IMG/VR virus record: IMGVR_UViG_3300023115_000020
Location: 1-62,733 of that record
Strand: one strand, 5' to 3'
DNA: 62,733 bases
Origin: a virus
Lineage: Duplodnaviria; Caudoviricetes
This document shows positions 26,380 to 35,210 of this stretch, piece after piece. Position 1 is the first letter of the stretch, and each line of letters opens with the position of its first letter. Both the position numbers and the translations under genes were made by a program. Below the pieces are notes generated by a model. That model made no database searches. It saw only the letters and a list, made by a program, of their open reading frames with translations, and was not told the DNA's origin.

Positions 26380-27096
26380 TTACTTCCTTTTTACTACGAG
26401 AGCCTTGCCTTCATTCTCAAAGACAAGTTTGTCTCCATATTTACTTATGTTGTAATCGCCGATATATTTGGTTAAAAAGAGTATTTCAGGATAGCTTTCC
26501 ATTAAATCAAACTTGCCTTCGATATTGTTTTTAATAGTTAATACATCGCCAAAATCGATAAACTCAAAAAATAAAGGATCTGCATATTTTTTTGTTATAG
26601 TTAGATTGTTTTCAACTAGATCTACTTGATCTAAATAACCTTTATTAAAAAATTCTTTATAATTTTCTAAACGTGATTCTTCAACTTTAATACCATACTT
26701 ATCTGGATCGTTTGGTACTAACTCTTCTAGTGTTTCTTGTGATACTGGACTTGATCTCCAGTTTTTGTAATATCTAAATTTAAAATTATCCATGTTTGAC
26801 AAATTTTTAACACCGTCGATAATTTCTAAAATATTATTATGTACGTCTCTATTTCTTTGTAATTCAACAAAAACTTTATATGTACCGTCGCTTTGCTCAC
26901 CACTAGTAACATCAGCATCTAGAATAAATCCGTAGCCTCTTTCTAAGAAGTTCATTAAATCATCTGCTGGTGCTTTTTCTTTTAAACTAAAACTTAGTGT
27001 AACAATGTCTTTATCAGCTCCCATCTTTGAAGCAAATGAGTCAATTTCAAAAACATCAATTACCATATCTTTTAAGTCACCTTCGCGTAAACTCAT
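26380..27096 (-). CDS. hypothetical protein
   Basis: 238-aa ORF coupled to its neighbours. Confidence 0.75.
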   Translation of the reverse strand: MSLREGDLKDMVIDVFEIDSFASKMGADKDIVTLSFSLKEKAPADDLMNFLERGYGFILDADVTSGEQSDGTYKVFVELQRNRDVHNNILEIIDGVKNLSNMDNFKFRYYKNWRSSPVSQETLEELVPNDPDKYGIKVEESRLENYKEFFNKGYLDQVDLVENNLTITKKYADPLFFEFIDFGDVLTIKNNIEGKFDLMESYPEILFLTKYIGDYNISKYGDKLVFENEGKALVVKRK

Positions 27097-27617
27097 TAGA
27101 TTGTCTCCTGTGCTTCTGGTGCTGCTGCTTGATCTGCAGGTTGTGCTTCTGCACCTGCTTGTGTTTCTGCTGCATTTGCAGGCTCTTGTGCGTATGATGT
27201 GGTATCTATTTCGCCTATGATATCTATTATTAATTTTTTAGGCATTTGTATTTCTACAATCCAAATAGGCTTACGATCTAACTTACCTTTTTTAGTGCCA
27301 GGACGAATGTCATCTGGATTAGAAATTTTTCTTGGAACTATAACACTGTCTTTTTTATAACGTACTTTGCAATCGTAATCAACTAAACGTTTACCACCCA
27401 TTGGATCAGGCATATTATCTCTATCCCACATAAAGGCACAGGTTACCCAATGTCTTTCAATATCAGGACCCATTGCTAATTCGCCATCTTCCCAGTTTTT
27501 GTAAACATATAAGTCAAGTTCATCTAAGACTTTTTCAAAGTCTTTTAGAACATTAAATGCTGTATTGCTATCATAGATAGATTCAACATTTTTAATAATA
27601 TCCATTACATCATGCAT
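27096..27617 (-). CDS. hypothetical protein
   Basis: Start placed at MHDVMD, downstream of the ATAAATA at 27647-27653. Confidence 0.7.
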   Translation of the reverse strand: MHDVMDIIKNVESIYDSNTAFNVLKDFEKVLDELDLYVYKNWEDGELAMGPDIERHWVTCAFMWDRDNMPDPMGGKRLVDYDCKVRYKKDSVIVPRKISNPDDIRPGTKKGKLDRKPIWIVEIQMPKKLIIDIIGEIDTTSYAQEPANAAETQAGAEAQPADQAAAPEAQETI

Positions 27618-27773
27618 AAGTACAGTTCCAAATCTCGTTGTATACTTATTTATCCTAACAGCAAACATAAACTACAGTTTTATCTTTTTGCAGAGATGGT
27701 AAATATTATTGTAGGGCAAGTGTGTTCTACACACAGACTACCCTGCGTATTCCATAACTCATAGGAGGACTTA

Positions 27774-28496
27774 ATGGGTGCAAAGAGAAAAGCTCGTAAC
27801 CAACGAGTATCAAACGGTAACAATGTTATCGAATTTAACACATTTCATAAAAAACACACAGTACAATTACTTCCAAGAAATAGACATCAAGAAAATTATA
27901 TACTAAAATTACTAGACAGACAGAAATCAATAGTGTTTGCTATTGGTCCTGCAGGTACAGGTAAAACGATGTTAGCAGTTCAAACTGCTGTAAAAAAATT
28001 CAAGGAAGGCGAAATTGACAAAATCATAGTTACAAGACCAGCAGTATCGGTCGACGAAGATTTAGGATTTTTACCAGGAACGCTAGAACAAAAAATGGCG
28101 CCATGGACAAGACCAATTTTTGATGTGTTACGTGAATATTTTGATGCACGACAAATTGAAGGCATGATTGAAGAAGGCATTGTTGAGATCGCCCCTCTAG
28201 CATATATGCGAGGCAGAACATTTAAAAACTCATATATTATTGCAGACGAAATGCAGAACGCAACCCCTAACCAAATGAAAATGCTATTAACAAGGCTAGG
28301 AGAACATTCTGAAATGGTCGTTACTGGTGACTTAGCACAAGCAGATCGATTAAAAGATAACGGTTTAATAGATTTTATTAGTCATCTTGAATCACGCGAC
28401 AACAACAAACATTTGGACGTAGTCCACTTTGAACAAGGAGACATTGAAAGGCATGATGCAGTTAAGGAAGTACTCCAAGTTTATGGTGATGAATGA
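27774..28496 (+). CDS. phoH: PhoH-like ATPase
   Basis: GPAGTGKT, TRPAV, LGFLPG, YMRGRT, DEMQN, GDLAQAD; AGGAGG RBS. Confidence 0.95.
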   Translation: MGAKRKARNQRVSNGNNVIEFNTFHKKHTVQLLPRNRHQENYILKLLDRQKSIVFAIGPAGTGKTMLAVQTAVKKFKEGEIDKIIVTRPAVSVDEDLGFLPGTLEQKMAPWTRPIFDVLREYFDARQIEGMIEEGIVEIAPLAYMRGRTFKNSYIIADEMQNATPNQMKMLLTRLGEHSEMVVTGDLAQADRLKDNGLIDFISHLESRDNNKHLDVVHFEQGDIERHDAVKEVLQVYGDE

Positions 28497-28921
28497 ATTA
28501 CTTTAACACCTGACTTTATTAAAAACTCAAGTCCCTGTGTACTACGATATTCATTTTTGTAGTACACAGTGGCTATACCTGTTTGGTATATAAGTTTTGC
28601 ACAATCCATACATGGAGCATGTGTACAGAATAAGGTAGCCTCTCTGCCACTTTCATTACTACCTGCAAGTTTTGTTAGAGCATTTGCTTCAGCATGTAAT
28701 ACTTCTGGCTTAGTTTTTAATTCTTTTTCATGGCTACCTAAGTCACCCAATACTTCATACTCACACGTATTGTCCCATCCACTGGGCATACCGTTGTAGC
28801 CAATTGAGATAATACGATCGTCCTTTACAACAATCGCACCCACTTGTAAACGCTTTGCTGAACTTAGTTGTGCAAAGCGTTCAGCAACATCTATGTATGC
28901 GTCAATGAACTTTTGCTTCAA
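28481..28921 (-). CDS. dCMP deaminase
   Basis: GYNG, HAEAN and PCMDC zinc-binding motifs. Confidence 0.93.
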   Translation of the reverse strand: MKQKFIDAYIDVAERFAQLSSAKRLQVGAIVVKDDRIISIGYNGMPSGWDNTCEYEVLGDLGSHEKELKTKPEVLHAEANALTKLAGSNESGREATLFCTHAPCMDCAKLIYQTGIATVYYKNEYRSTQGLEFLIKSGVKVIHSSP

Positions 28922-29607
28922 CTGGTCAATTCCTTTGCTAACGGAAATACTTCAGCAATTACCTTTGCACATGCTTTTGCAATTTCCATGTGTTCTTTTT
29001 GTGTTCCGTTTGCACTGCGTAATTCAATATAGTGAATCCAACTACGCAATGAACCATTCATATACAATCGTGTTTTAGTAAGTCCTTCGGGTAGTACTTT
29101 ACGAGCAACTTCTTTTGCAATACCGTTATTAATTGCCCAGTCGTAGGCTCTACCTGCTGTATAAATTACATCTTGTTGTAGTTCTTCCCATTTAACAACA
29201 AGTTCAGCCATGCCTTCTTCACTAAGATCAAGTTCAATTGAATTTTGTCTATTTTTTTGATCTTGCAATCTTGCTTCACTAGTTATAAAAACTTCATCTC
29301 CCATTTGACCTGGCTCTGCATATCTCTGACTAAATTCTTGGAAGGCAAAACTACGATGACGTACAATTTGATGAGCAATGTCTCGAGTTGTATCAATTTC
29401 AATACAAGCATTAACCATTTCTAATGGCGACCAATGCTGATGTTTAATCAAATACTTTACAAGTTTCTCGCTAGTTTCGCTGTTAATTTGATTTGCTGGG
29501 TTACTAACTCTTGCACAAAATGCGACAAGATCTAATAGATCGTTGTCTTTAATTCCCTGCTCTGCAAATTCTTCTGTTACTCTACTATAACTTACTAGTC
29601 GTGTCAT
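28918..29607 (-). CDS. thyX: FAD-dependent thymidylate synthase
   Basis: HWSPLE, RHRSFAFQEFSQRY, EVARKVLP. Confidence 0.95.
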   Translation of the reverse strand: MTRLVSYSRVTEEFAEQGIKDNDLLDLVAFCARVSNPANQINSETSEKLVKYLIKHQHWSPLEMVNACIEIDTTRDIAHQIVRHRSFAFQEFSQRYAEPGQMGDEVFITSEARLQDQKNRQNSIELDLSEEGMAELVVKWEELQQDVIYTAGRAYDWAINNGIAKEVARKVLPEGLTKTRLYMNGSLRSWIHYIELRSANGTQKEHMEIAKACAKVIAEVFPLAKELTS

Positions 29608-29779
29608 TTATATCTTCTCCGTTTCTTCCGCGATCGCGATTACCTTCAGCATTTAACTCTGTAATATCCTGCTGTACTTCTTTATACGTTTTATTTTTTC
29701 GATCAAAAATTGAGTTCCAATTTTTTTCAAAAGTGTCGTTATCTATGACTCTAGGTCTCTGTCTACTTCCTTTACCCAT
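29585..29779 (-). CDS. hypothetical protein
   Basis: 64 aa, MGKGSRQRP...FEKNWNSIF; overlaps both neighbours. Confidence 0.65.
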   Translation of the reverse strand: MGKGSRQRPRVIDNDTFEKNWNSIFDRKNKTYKEVQQDITELNAEGNRDRGRNGEDINDTTSKL

Positions 29780-30134
29780 CTGTAATATCCGTAATATCTT
29801 TAACTGGTATTATACCAAATTCTTCATACTTGTTGGGATACCCATCCCAATCATCTGCATCAGGCAGTGGGTCTTTTTGATCAATAATGTTAATGTTCCA
29901 GTCACTAACACGTCGATTTATATCTTCCCACTTTTCTCTTAGTTCAGGACTTAACTCATTATCTGCTACAATAGCATCTGCTGGACATTCAGGAACACAA
30001 ACTCCACAATCAATACATTCTTCTGGATTAATTGCTAGAAAGTTGTCTGCTTCATAAAAACAATCTACAGGGCATACTGCTACACAATCTGTATGTTTAC
30101 ATTTAATACAATTATCTGTTACTAGATATGTCAC
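29772..30134 (-). CDS. fdxA: 7Fe ferredoxin (FdxA family)
   Basis: [18 protein letters not shown]...[12 protein letters not shown]. Confidence 0.93.
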   Translation of the reverse strand: MTYLVTDNCIKCKHTDCVAVCPVDCFYEADNFLAINPEECIDCGVCVPECPADAIVADNELSPELREKWEDINRRVSDWNINIIDQKDPLPDADDWDGYPNKYEEFGIIPVKDITDITDG

Positions 30135-31048
30135 TGTAACCTCGCTAATCTAATTAGAGTTGCTGCTAAATTAATCTCTGGATCTACAACTAATGTGTGA
30201 TCTACTAACCCTTGCTTAATAATTAGCACTGCACTGTCTTGTTTCTCGTCAGTTCCGAACAATTCAATATTATCATAAAGCCAACGATATACTTCTTCCA
30301 TTTCTTCAGGACGAATTGCACCACACAGTAGTTTACGTGCTTCTTGAATTTTACCTGCTTTAAACAGTTCAACCATTTCAAGTTTCCAGTCGCTTTCGCC
30401 TGTGTCACCTTCATTTGGTTTAGTAAGCACACCATCTACACTGTTCATTTGTACTGTGTTGATACACTTACGCAAGTCTGGATACGTTGCTTTTACATAG
30501 GTATCGAGTGTATCCAAATCAGGACTAACACCTTCGGTAATAAGGATTTCAGCAACTCGAGCTGTGAACTCAGTTTGGTCAATTTTAGCAATGTGGAAAC
30601 CTTGACACCTACTATGCAGAGCGGGTATAATACGATTTGGATAGTTACAAGTAAGAATGAAACGAGCAGTAGTATGATACTCTTCCATAACACCACGCAA
30701 CGCCGCTTGAGCGTTGGGAGATAAGTAATCAGCTTCATCTAGTAATACAACCTTAAAGTCCCCAAATGGGATCATCTGTACAAAGTTTACAATTTTATCA
30801 CGAACATCATCTACTGAGTTTGTTCGCGATGCGTTAATTTCTAGTATGTCTAAATCGTTTACTTCAAGCTCGTTAAATAGTAACTTAGCAAGAGTAGTTT
30901 TACCAATCCCAGCATTGCCACTAAAAAGCAAGTGCGGAATAGTTTTGTCTTTGATCCAAGTTTTGACTTGTTGTTTTTGTGCTTCATCTCTAAATACATA
31001 ACCGTCTACTGTTTTAGGACGGTACTTTTCTACCCATAATTCTTTCAT
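30131..31048 (-). CDS. clamp loader subunit (RFC small/gp44-like)
   Basis: [27 protein letters not shown]. Confidence 0.93.
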   Translation of the reverse strand: MKELWVEKYRPKTVDGYVFRDEAQKQQVKTWIKDKTIPHLLFSGNAGIGKTTLAKLLFNELEVNDLDILEINASRTNSVDDVRDKIVNFVQMIPFGDFKVVLLDEADYLSPNAQAALRGVMEEYHTTARFILTCNYPNRIIPALHSRCQGFHIAKIDQTEFTARVAEILITEGVSPDLDTLDTYVKATYPDLRKCINTVQMNSVDGVLTKPNEGDTGESDWKLEMVELFKAGKIQEARKLLCGAIRPEEMEEVYRWLYDNIELFGTDEKQDSAVLIIKQGLVDHTLVVDPEINLAATLIRLARLQ

Positions 31049-31216
31049 TTATTTCTCTGCCTTTTTCTTTTTATTTCCGTAAAAACTGCTGCCTTTATAG
31101 TCAATATCTTCAGTGCGAGCACCAGGAGGACATACCGTAATTGTACCTCCTCTGTCAAAAAATTCTTGCAACATTTGTTCTGTTACTTCTGATTCTTTTG
31201 ATTGTCGATCTATCAT
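31049..31216 (-). CDS. small hypothetical protein (55 aa)
   Basis: Manual translation MIDRQSKESEVTEQMLQEFFDRGGTITVCPPGAR...; ATGA overlap. Confidence 0.65.
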   Translation of the reverse strand: MIDRQSKESEVTEQMLQEFFDRGGTITVCPPGARTEDIDYKGSSFYGNKKKKAEK

Positions 31217-31758
31217 CTTGCTTTTACTCCAAAGTGTTTATATGATTGTTGAACACACTTCGCCTGATAATAGCAATCAGCTAATGCATTATGTAGTTCT
31301 TCTTGTATTGCTTTACGCGGATCCTGAGGCATCATAGCAAACAGTGTACGGCTGTCTCTAATCTGCCAATAGTTCCACGGTGCAGGTTTTTCTGCTGCCT
31401 TGTATAAACTTTGTAAAATAACAAAGTCAAATGTAGGACCTTGACACCAAATGTAGTCTAATCCTACACACCATTTGTTTAATTGACGCAACATTTCTTG
31501 TACTGTGACACGATCGCTATGATCACCAAATGCTTCGTCTTGAATAGCTTGCGGCTGAGTAGCCCACCAAGCAAGAGTATTGTCGTCAATTGAACGATTG
31601 TACTGCTCGCTTTGTTCTTCTACATCGCCACGCAAGTATAATGGAGTATGTGGTTCTGCATCTGAAAATGGATCAAACTTAATAGCACCTAGGGTCATAA
31701 CAACACTATCAGGTTCTACACCCAGTGTTTCTAAGTCAATCATTCCATGTGTAGCCAT
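31213..31758 (-). CDS. DEDDh 3'-5' exonuclease
   Basis: MIDLETLG, FDFVIL, RDSRT, HNALAD. Confidence 0.88.
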   Translation of the reverse strand: MATHGMIDLETLGVEPDSVVMTLGAIKFDPFSDAEPHTPLYLRGDVEEQSEQYNRSIDDNTLAWWATQPQAIQDEAFGDHSDRVTVQEMLRQLNKWCVGLDYIWCQGPTFDFVILQSLYKAAEKPAPWNYWQIRDSRTLFAMMPQDPRKAIQEELHNALADCYYQAKCVQQSYKHFGVKAR

Positions 31759-31925
31759 TACTTTTTACGATTCTCTTGTCCAATTCCAGAAATAATAAGC
31801 ATAACATACAGCAGAGGCCATGCCCAACCTGTTAAATATCCTGTAACATGTAAAATCATTAGTGCAATGCCTGCTGCACCTGTTGTGCCAATTCCGCTAC
31901 TTTGCGGAGGTGTTGGTAACATCAT
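31758..31925 (-). CDS. small membrane protein (55 aa)
   Basis: Manual translation MMLPTPPQSSGIGTTGAAGIALMILHVTGYLTGWAWPLLY...; AGGAG RBS. Confidence 0.6.
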   Translation of the reverse strand: MMLPTPPQSSGIGTTGAAGIALMILHVTGYLTGWAWPLLYVMLIISGIGQENRKK

Positions 31926-31951
31926 AAGAAAACTCCTAACATTTTATTAGT

Positions 31952-31980
31952 ATTATAACTGATAAAACGCTAGGAGTCAA
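31952..31980 (-). promoter_or_regulatory. sigma70-type promoter
   Basis: TTGACT-17nt-TATAAT. Confidence 0.8.
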
Positions 31981-31998
31981 GTATTATTTGTTCAAAAT

Positions 31999-32352
31999 TT
32001 AGATAAACTGTTTCAAATTAGGTGGTTGCCAACCTTCTGGTTTCAATACCTTACCGTCTTCACGTTTACGCACCTTGCCTGTTTCAGGATCAATTTTGGC
32101 AAAGTTTGTACGCATAACTTCTTCCCAAGCACTTTCGCCGTCAAAGCCACCTGCTCTAACAGCACCTAGCGTAACAACAAGAATGTCAATAAGAGCATCT
32201 AGTTGTTCTACACGATCATTTGCTTCTACTGCTTCTTGTAGTTCTTCAAATTCTTCTTTAATGAGTCCTAGATACATATCATAGTTTTCTTTACTCATTA
32301 ATTGGTCACACGCTACGTGAAACGTGTTAATGTCTTTAAATGGGTTTGTCAT
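31999..32352 (-). CDS. MazG-like NTP pyrophosphohydrolase
   Basis: LIKEEFEEL...DALIDILVV...N.AK...DGKVLKP. Confidence 0.85.
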   Translation of the reverse strand: MTNPFKDINTFHVACDQLMSKENYDMYLGLIKEEFEELQEAVEANDRVEQLDALIDILVVTLGAVRAGGFDGESAWEEVMRTNFAKIDPETGKVRKREDGKVLKPEGWQPPNLKQFI

Positions 32353-32756
32353 TATGTCCTCATAAAATCTTCTGGGTTGATATTTACACTACCACCGTTT
32401 TCTGTAGTGTGTCCAATATAAACTTCATCTGGTTTTTCATCACTCCATGCTAGAATACTTTCAGTTTCTACCATACGGATCTCTAAATCACCGTCATTAG
32501 TTTCGATATTCATTCCTCGTGTCCAGCGACCATGTTCTATAAGTATCCAATCACCTACTTCGTATGGATCTTTATTTTCTGGACCTTTAGAATATACCTT
32601 AGCCCAACGAGGATAAATGCCGCGTTCTTTGCCGTTGTCACTTGAAATAATTAACCCACTAGCAGTAGTTTGTTCACCAAAATACATGTCTGAAACTAAA
32701 ACACGATTTCCTATTGCTCGAGGCGTACCTTTAATTTTGTTAATGTTTATAGCCAT
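32352..32756 (-). CDS. GroES-like co-chaperonin
   Basis: NRVLV, TTASGLII mobile loop, VGDWIL. Confidence 0.8.
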   Translation of the reverse strand: MAININKIKGTPRAIGNRVLVSDMYFGEQTTASGLIISSDNGKERGIYPRWAKVYSKGPENKDPYEVGDWILIEHGRWTRGMNIETNDGDLEIRMVETESILAWSDEKPDEVYIGHTTENGGSVNINPEDFMRT

Positions 32757-32765
32757 GTTTTATCC

Positions 32766-33353
32766 TTAATCTTTTTCGTTATCGTAATAAATCCAACCTG
32801 TTATTATATACTTGTGGTGTTCTTTACTAATTTGTCCACGGTGTATATGTGTAAGTCCTGCAGGCCAAATAAGTGTTTTTCCTTTGGTTGCTGTTGTAGT
32901 TATGTCTTGGAACATAAACTCGGTACCTCCATCTGGCACATCATTAAGATATGTCATGTAAACAAATGCTCTTTCGTGTGCATCTTGTCCGCCGTCTACG
33001 TGCCATTTATAAAATCCGTCTCCTGGAGCATACCATTGTATTTGAGGTAAATGCTTCATATAAAATTTACCTACGTATTTGTATAAATGATATTTTTGAC
33101 AATAATCTTCTACAAAAGCAGCAAGTTCGTCGTGGTATTCTGGCCATTTAAACAGGCTAGCAGGACCAACCTTAAATGCTTCGTGTAAAGGTAAGTCTAT
33201 ACTTTTTTTGGTAGTCGGATCGACAGTGTCGTTTGCTCCAACTACACCGTCGTTTGTTAATCCTCGTTTGTGGCCTTCTGCGAAAAGAGTAAGTAATGCA
33301 GTACAAATAGTATCGTCAGATAACTGATACTCCTCTATAAAGGTGGGACTCAT
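32766..33353 (-). CDS. 2OG-Fe(II) oxygenase
   Basis: WHVD...YLND..GGT.F...H.G...KY motifs. Confidence 0.88.
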   Translation of the reverse strand: MSPTFIEEYQLSDDTICTALLTLFAEGHKRGLTNDGVVGANDTVDPTTKKSIDLPLHEAFKVGPASLFKWPEYHDELAAFVEDYCQKYHLYKYVGKFYMKHLPQIQWYAPGDGFYKWHVDGGQDAHERAFVYMTYLNDVPDGGTEFMFQDITTTATKGKTLIWPAGLTHIHRGQISKEHHKYIITGWIYYDNEKD

Positions 33354-33763
33354 TACTCACCTTTAGGTACAAAGTTTCCGTTTTCGTCTTCAACCCATTC
33401 AACATCGTCGCCAAATTCTTCTGCTTCTTTAGCAGTTGCTTCTGCAATAGGTTGTTCTGCTTTTTGTTGTGCTCTAGTTTTTGTTTTTGCTTTTGTTTCT
33501 ACTACAGGCTCTTCTTCTGCTACTTCCTGTCTTTTAGGCATTGGTTCATCTGGAACCTTGTTAGTTGTTTCGTAATATTCTCTAAGGACATCTTCCTTTT
33601 TACGAATAATTTTACCGCCAGGGCCTAACTCATCCCCGCGAGCATTAACACGAGCATTACCTACAGCAGGTGTTAATTCATTACGCTGTTGCAATAGGTC
33701 CATATCAACCAATTTGCCGCGCATTGTTTTATAAGTTTTTCTTGCATTACCTTTTAGTGCCAT
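33353..33763 (-). CDS. hypothetical protein
   Basis: 136 aa, AVGNARVNARGDELGPGG; AGGAG RBS and upstream ATAAATA. Confidence 0.75.
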   Translation of the reverse strand: MALKGNARKTYKTMRGKLVDMDLLQQRNELTPAVGNARVNARGDELGPGGKIIRKKEDVLREYYETTNKVPDEPMPKRQEVAEEEPVVETKAKTKTRAQQKAEQPIAEATAKEAEEFGDDVEWVEDENGNFVPKGE

Positions 33764-33792
33764 TTTAATTCTCCTGTGAATTATATACGTAT

Positions 33793-34323
33793 TTATCTAA
33801 GAAACTCATGCCAATCCAGGCCATATTGGATTGAATTTATCCTGTGTACACCTATCAAATACAGCACATAACTTGCTACACTTGATCCACGTCCTACACC
33901 CCATACAATGTTATTCTCACGCATAAAGTCTACAAGATAGATCATATAACGTAATAAGTTGTGCATATCACGTTCTTTAAAAGCATCTAATTCTTCCCAT
34001 ATACGGTCTTGTATGTGTTGCGGACAAGGTGTTTCTGCTTTGCCCAGCACATATTCATATACATTAATGTCTTTGTATTCATCAGGCATAAACCATTCAC
34101 CTTGACATACACCGTCAAAAGACTTTTGATCTACATCTAATGGAATATACTTTTGTAGTTTGTCAAAGCCTTGTTCTTCCATAGCGGCATTAAATTTATT
34201 AATGTCATCAGATTCGTCACAAAGTACAACGTGTACCTTGTCTGCATGACCACTATAAATCATGTCGATAAGATCGCGATTAGAAAATCGTGGTATTCCT
34301 AATGAGTCTGTCTTCATAAGCAT
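33793..34323 (-). CDS. DNA polymerase III alpha (DnaE)-like fragment
   Basis: YLVDFMRENNIVWGVGRGSSVASYVLYLIGV matches the DnaE GxGRGS region; only 176 aa. Confidence 0.8.
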   Translation of the reverse strand: MLMKTDSLGIPRFSNRDLIDMIYSGHADKVHVVLCDESDDINKFNAAMEEQGFDKLQKYIPLDVDQKSFDGVCQGEWFMPDEYKDINVYEYVLGKAETPCPQHIQDRIWEELDAFKERDMHNLLRYMIYLVDFMRENNIVWGVGRGSSVASYVLYLIGVHRINSIQYGLDWHEFLR

Positions 34324-34329
34324 TAATGT

Positions 34330-34358
34330 ATTTTACGATACATTGATAAGATTGTCAA
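34330..34358 (-). promoter_or_regulatory. sigma70-type promoter
   Basis: TTGACA-17nt-TAAAAT. Confidence 0.7.
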
Positions 34359-34566
34359 GTCCTTCTTCACCATTTTGTTCTTGTTGTTGAAGTTTTTGGC
34401 GGGCTCGACGTGCTTCTAGTTCTAGTTTATAATCATCTAATAGGTAAGAAATTTGATCTCTAACTTGAAGGTTAGAAGTTTGAAAATATCTTTTGTTTAA
34501 AAGATAAATTTTTTCTTCTAATTCAACATCTGAAAGTAATTGAGCATTTTCAAACAAAGGGTGCAT
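34333..34566 (-). CDS. hypothetical protein
   Basis: 77-aa ORF coupled to the upstream gene. Confidence 0.7.
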   Translation of the reverse strand: MHPLFENAQLLSDVELEEKIYLLNKRYFQTSNLQVRDQISYLLDDYKLELEARRARQKLQQQEQNGEEGLDNLINVS

Positions 34567-35177
34567 TATGCAAAGTTACCTAAGTATTTTACATAGAAAG
34601 TTGTAGATCCCTGGTGTGTCCAAATTTCAAAAAGACGAATCTCTTCGTTTGCGATAACATTATTTGGAGCGTTCCAAAAAACACTATTACTTTCTTGATC
34701 AAATTTAAATGTTTGTCCAGAGTCCCAATTAAGTGTACTATCTCCTGAAGAAGTAACTTCTAAAATAATTTTTTGATATACACCTGAATCTGGAGTAGAA
34801 GTTGACAAAATTTGCAATGTAGTAGTACCAGTTAGTGTTATAGTTTGAAAATCACCAGCCGACATATCAAGTGTTACAGTGCCGTTTTGTTGTCCGTATG
34901 TACTTTTAGTTAGTGTAGGAGTTTTAAGATGTGCATCTTCAATGACTATACGTTCACTAGCCGATTGTGTAAAAACGTTGTCATTATCAAGTCTTAGTGT
35001 ATTTGTCTCTAAATCTTCAAGGCGAGCTTTTACAGCTACAAAGTTTCCATCAATAACTGTAAAGTTATCGCGAAATCCTTGACTATCGTTGTCTTGTCCT
35101 GGAACAGGAAATTCTGTATCTATATCAGATACGTTGATTATTTTATCATCATAAAAAGTTTCGCTTGGGTTCGGCAT
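34566..35177 (-). CDS. putative virion structural protein
   Basis: FPVPGQDNDSQGFRDNF N-terminal motif, beta-rich C-terminus, upstream ATAAATA. Confidence 0.65.
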   Translation of the reverse strand: MPNPSETFYDDKIINVSDIDTEFPVPGQDNDSQGFRDNFTVIDGNFVAVKARLEDLETNTLRLDNDNVFTQSASERIVIEDAHLKTPTLTKSTYGQQNGTVTLDMSAGDFQTITLTGTTTLQILSTSTPDSGVYQKIILEVTSSGDSTLNWDSGQTFKFDQESNSVFWNAPNNVIANEEIRLFEIWTHQGSTTFYVKYLGNFA

Positions 35178-35210
35178 AATTATTTTCTCCTAGTGCAGTA
35201 TTTATCGCAT

